A stretch of DNA of 64,000 nucleotides, taken from positions 6,138,001 through 6,202,000 of the forward strand of contig NC_087462.1 in NCBI RefSeq assembly GCF_036321535.1, written 5' to 3'. This DNA comes from Camelus dromedarius. Its lineage: Eukaryota. Position numbers and translations under genes: made by a program. Under the pieces are notes generated by a model. It saw only the letters and a program-made list of their open reading frames with translations. It had not been told where the DNA came from and did no database searches. This document shows positions 62,001 through 64,000 of the stretch, in pieces (position 1 is the stretch's first letter; every line of letters begins with the position of its first letter).

Positions 62001-63949
62001 TCCCCTAGGTCCTTCTCCGAGGTCTTTCCCTTATCCCGCTCACCAGCCTCTTCCCTTTCCCAAAATCCCGCCCAAAGGCTGCGCACCCCCACTCACACTC
62101 CACCGTCAGAGTCACGTCTTTGACTGCCTCGCCCTGGGCATTGGTCGCGGTGCAGCGGTAAGTGCCGGCGAGCGCGCGAGTTACCGGACCGAGCAGGCCC
62201 AGTGCCAGCACCGACCCCCCGTCGGGCCGCGCGCAGTGCACCGAGGGCTCTGGGTTTCCACGGGCCTCGCAGCGCAGCGTCTGCTCTGGGCCCTCCGGCC
62301 ACGTCCAGCTCCTGGGACAGTCCGAATCGTCCAGCCGGGGAGCGTCTGCGGGCAGAGACATGGGATGCTGAGAGGCTAGACGCGGACCGTGAGGTAAGCC
62401 TCCACTTCCTTCACTACAGCGCCAGGGACTGGAACCGGGCAAGCCCTTTGAGCTCAAGATGAGGGAGGCGAGAGGTTAAAGGCCAACTCACATAGGACGC
62501 GCAACTCGGCGCTCTCGTTCTTACTCAGGGTCTCCCCGTCCACCTCGAGGGTGGCGTCGCAGAAGAAGCCACGCCTGTCGTCGTTCTCGGTGGCGTTTAG
62601 CTGGAGCTGGGCGGGCTGTCCCGGGACCGCGGCTGGAATTCCGTCTAGTGTGACCAGGGCTCGGGGCCCAGCTGTGCAGGTTACTGTCACCGTTTTCCCC
62701 TCGGGGGCGTTGGGCTCGCTCAGGGTCAGGAGGGGCTCCGGGAAGCCTGGGGGAGGGGCATTGGTCGGGAGTCCACTGACCACGTCCCTCCTGCGGTTCA
62801 AGGCTGCCCCTTATCAGCCCGAACCTTCCCCGCTGCAGCCTAACCTAGGATACTGTGCCTTTCCTCTTGAGATGTTCAGGCTCCGCCCTTTCTCGCCCCG
62901 CCCCCTTGAGGTGGTCAGGCCCTATCTCTACGGATCCTCCTGGGGTCTGCAACCTTCCCCTTTGGGGGCGCTCAGACTCCGCCTCTCAAGCTACTATTCA
63001 GTCTGTCTTCCACCTGCCCCGCCCCTTCGGGACTCTCGGGCCACGCCTATTCCGATACCAAGCCCCACCCACTATTGGCCCCGCCTTCACGTTCCTCTGG
63101 CTCCACCCCCGAGCTGCGGAAGTACCGCTTCACTAGCTCTTACTGTAGACTGTCACGTTCTCCCGGCTCTCACGGCTTTCGCCCCCCAGGGTCACGTTGC
63201 AGACCAGCTGCCTGGCGCCCTCCTGCTCTGCGCTAGCTGTGGTTGTGGCAGTGGCCATGAAAGCGTCCCCCTCGAGGGTGATATCGGGACTCAGCCTCTG
63301 ATCCCCCAGCGCCAGGTAGACCCCAGCCTCCGAGGCTGGAAACAGCCCATCCATGGCGCAGCTCACAGGTCTTTCTGAGTCCACTTCCAAGAGCCGAGGG
63401 GCAGCGAGGCGCGGGGAGTCCAGAGGCAGGGCTGGGAGTAGAAGAACAGAGCTTGAACTTATGTATTGAACGCTCAATATGTTCTAAGCGCTTTACATGC
63501 TCAAAGAGGAAAATAACTTTCAGCTGGTGAGTGTCGGAGTAAGAATTAGAATTCAGGTTTCTCTGCCTCCAAACTTCTTAAATACCCGCCCGACCCCTTA
63601 TGATCCCCTTCTCCTCACACCCACTCACCGAAGGTTCGGAGCTCTCTGGGGGCCGAGCTGTTTTCAAACAGCCCCAGGCCGTGAGGCCGCAGGTCCAGCT
63701 CCGCACGGCACGAGAAATTGGCCCCATGGTCCTCCCTCCGCGCCAGTACCGTGGCTGTGAGCACCGCGCCCCGCGCTCGGGGTGGCTCCCCGAAGAAGCT
63801 GCGACGGATCAGCTCTTGGGCGCCCCGCAGCAGGGTCAATGTGAGACTCCCACGAGGCCCAGCGCCGGGGACCCTACAGCTCAGGGTGAAGTTCTCGCCC
63901 ACTGGCTGCCAGGCAGGCAGCGGCACCAGCTCTACACGATCTGGCCGTT
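59017..63949 (-). CDS. ICAM5: Intercellular adhesion molecule 5 (telencephalin); 5'-partial, Ig domains 2-9, TM and tail
   Basis: Minus-strand exons 63949-63629, 63431-63144, 62746-62492, 62345-62097, 61673-61428, 61340-61062, 60966-60727, 60321-60055, 59291-59017, all phase 1 and [34 protein letters not shown], tail [13 protein letters not shown]...[11 protein letters not shown]. Exons 1-2 lie beyond the window. Confidence 0.97.
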
Positions 63950-64000
63950 CTACAAGGGGACAGATCACAGCTGTTGGAAACGCCAGGGCTCAGCAGGACG

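Overview
Eutherian mammal genomic DNA, almost certainly a camelid (camel, llama or alpaca), judged from nine copies of a tRNA-Ala(AGC)-derived SINE matching the camelid Vic-1 family. The window is the ortholog of the human 19p13.2 ICAM cluster in reversed orientation. Five genes lie head-to-tail on the + strand: TYK2 (23 coding exons, 1183 aa, intact), ICAM3 (7 exons, 545 aa), RAVER1 (13 exons, start codon hidden in an N-gap), FDX2 (5 exons, 186 aa) and ZGLP1 (5 exons, 269 aa). The 3' part of ICAM5 (Ig domains 2-9, TM, tail) converges from the - strand. All exon boundaries were read by eye; all are GT-AG and keep frame. Comparisons with human or mouse are from memory and are flagged as such. 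Strongest leads: (1) a GGCGCC-N5-GTCTAGAC Smad1/4 element inside ZGLP1 coding exon 1, with a perfect DR5 retinoic-acid element about 210 bp downstream, suggesting a compact BMP+RA integrator; (2) a 33-nt stop-containing cassette behind a long CU-rich tract in RAVER1 intron 9, suggesting a PTB-controlled poison exon; (3) an in-frame FDX2-ZGLP1 splice option; (4) an EYYC instead of EYYR activation loop in TYK2; (5) retroelement remodelling of both TYK2 UTRs, including a perfect 29-bp inverted repeat. Three N-gaps limit what can be seen.
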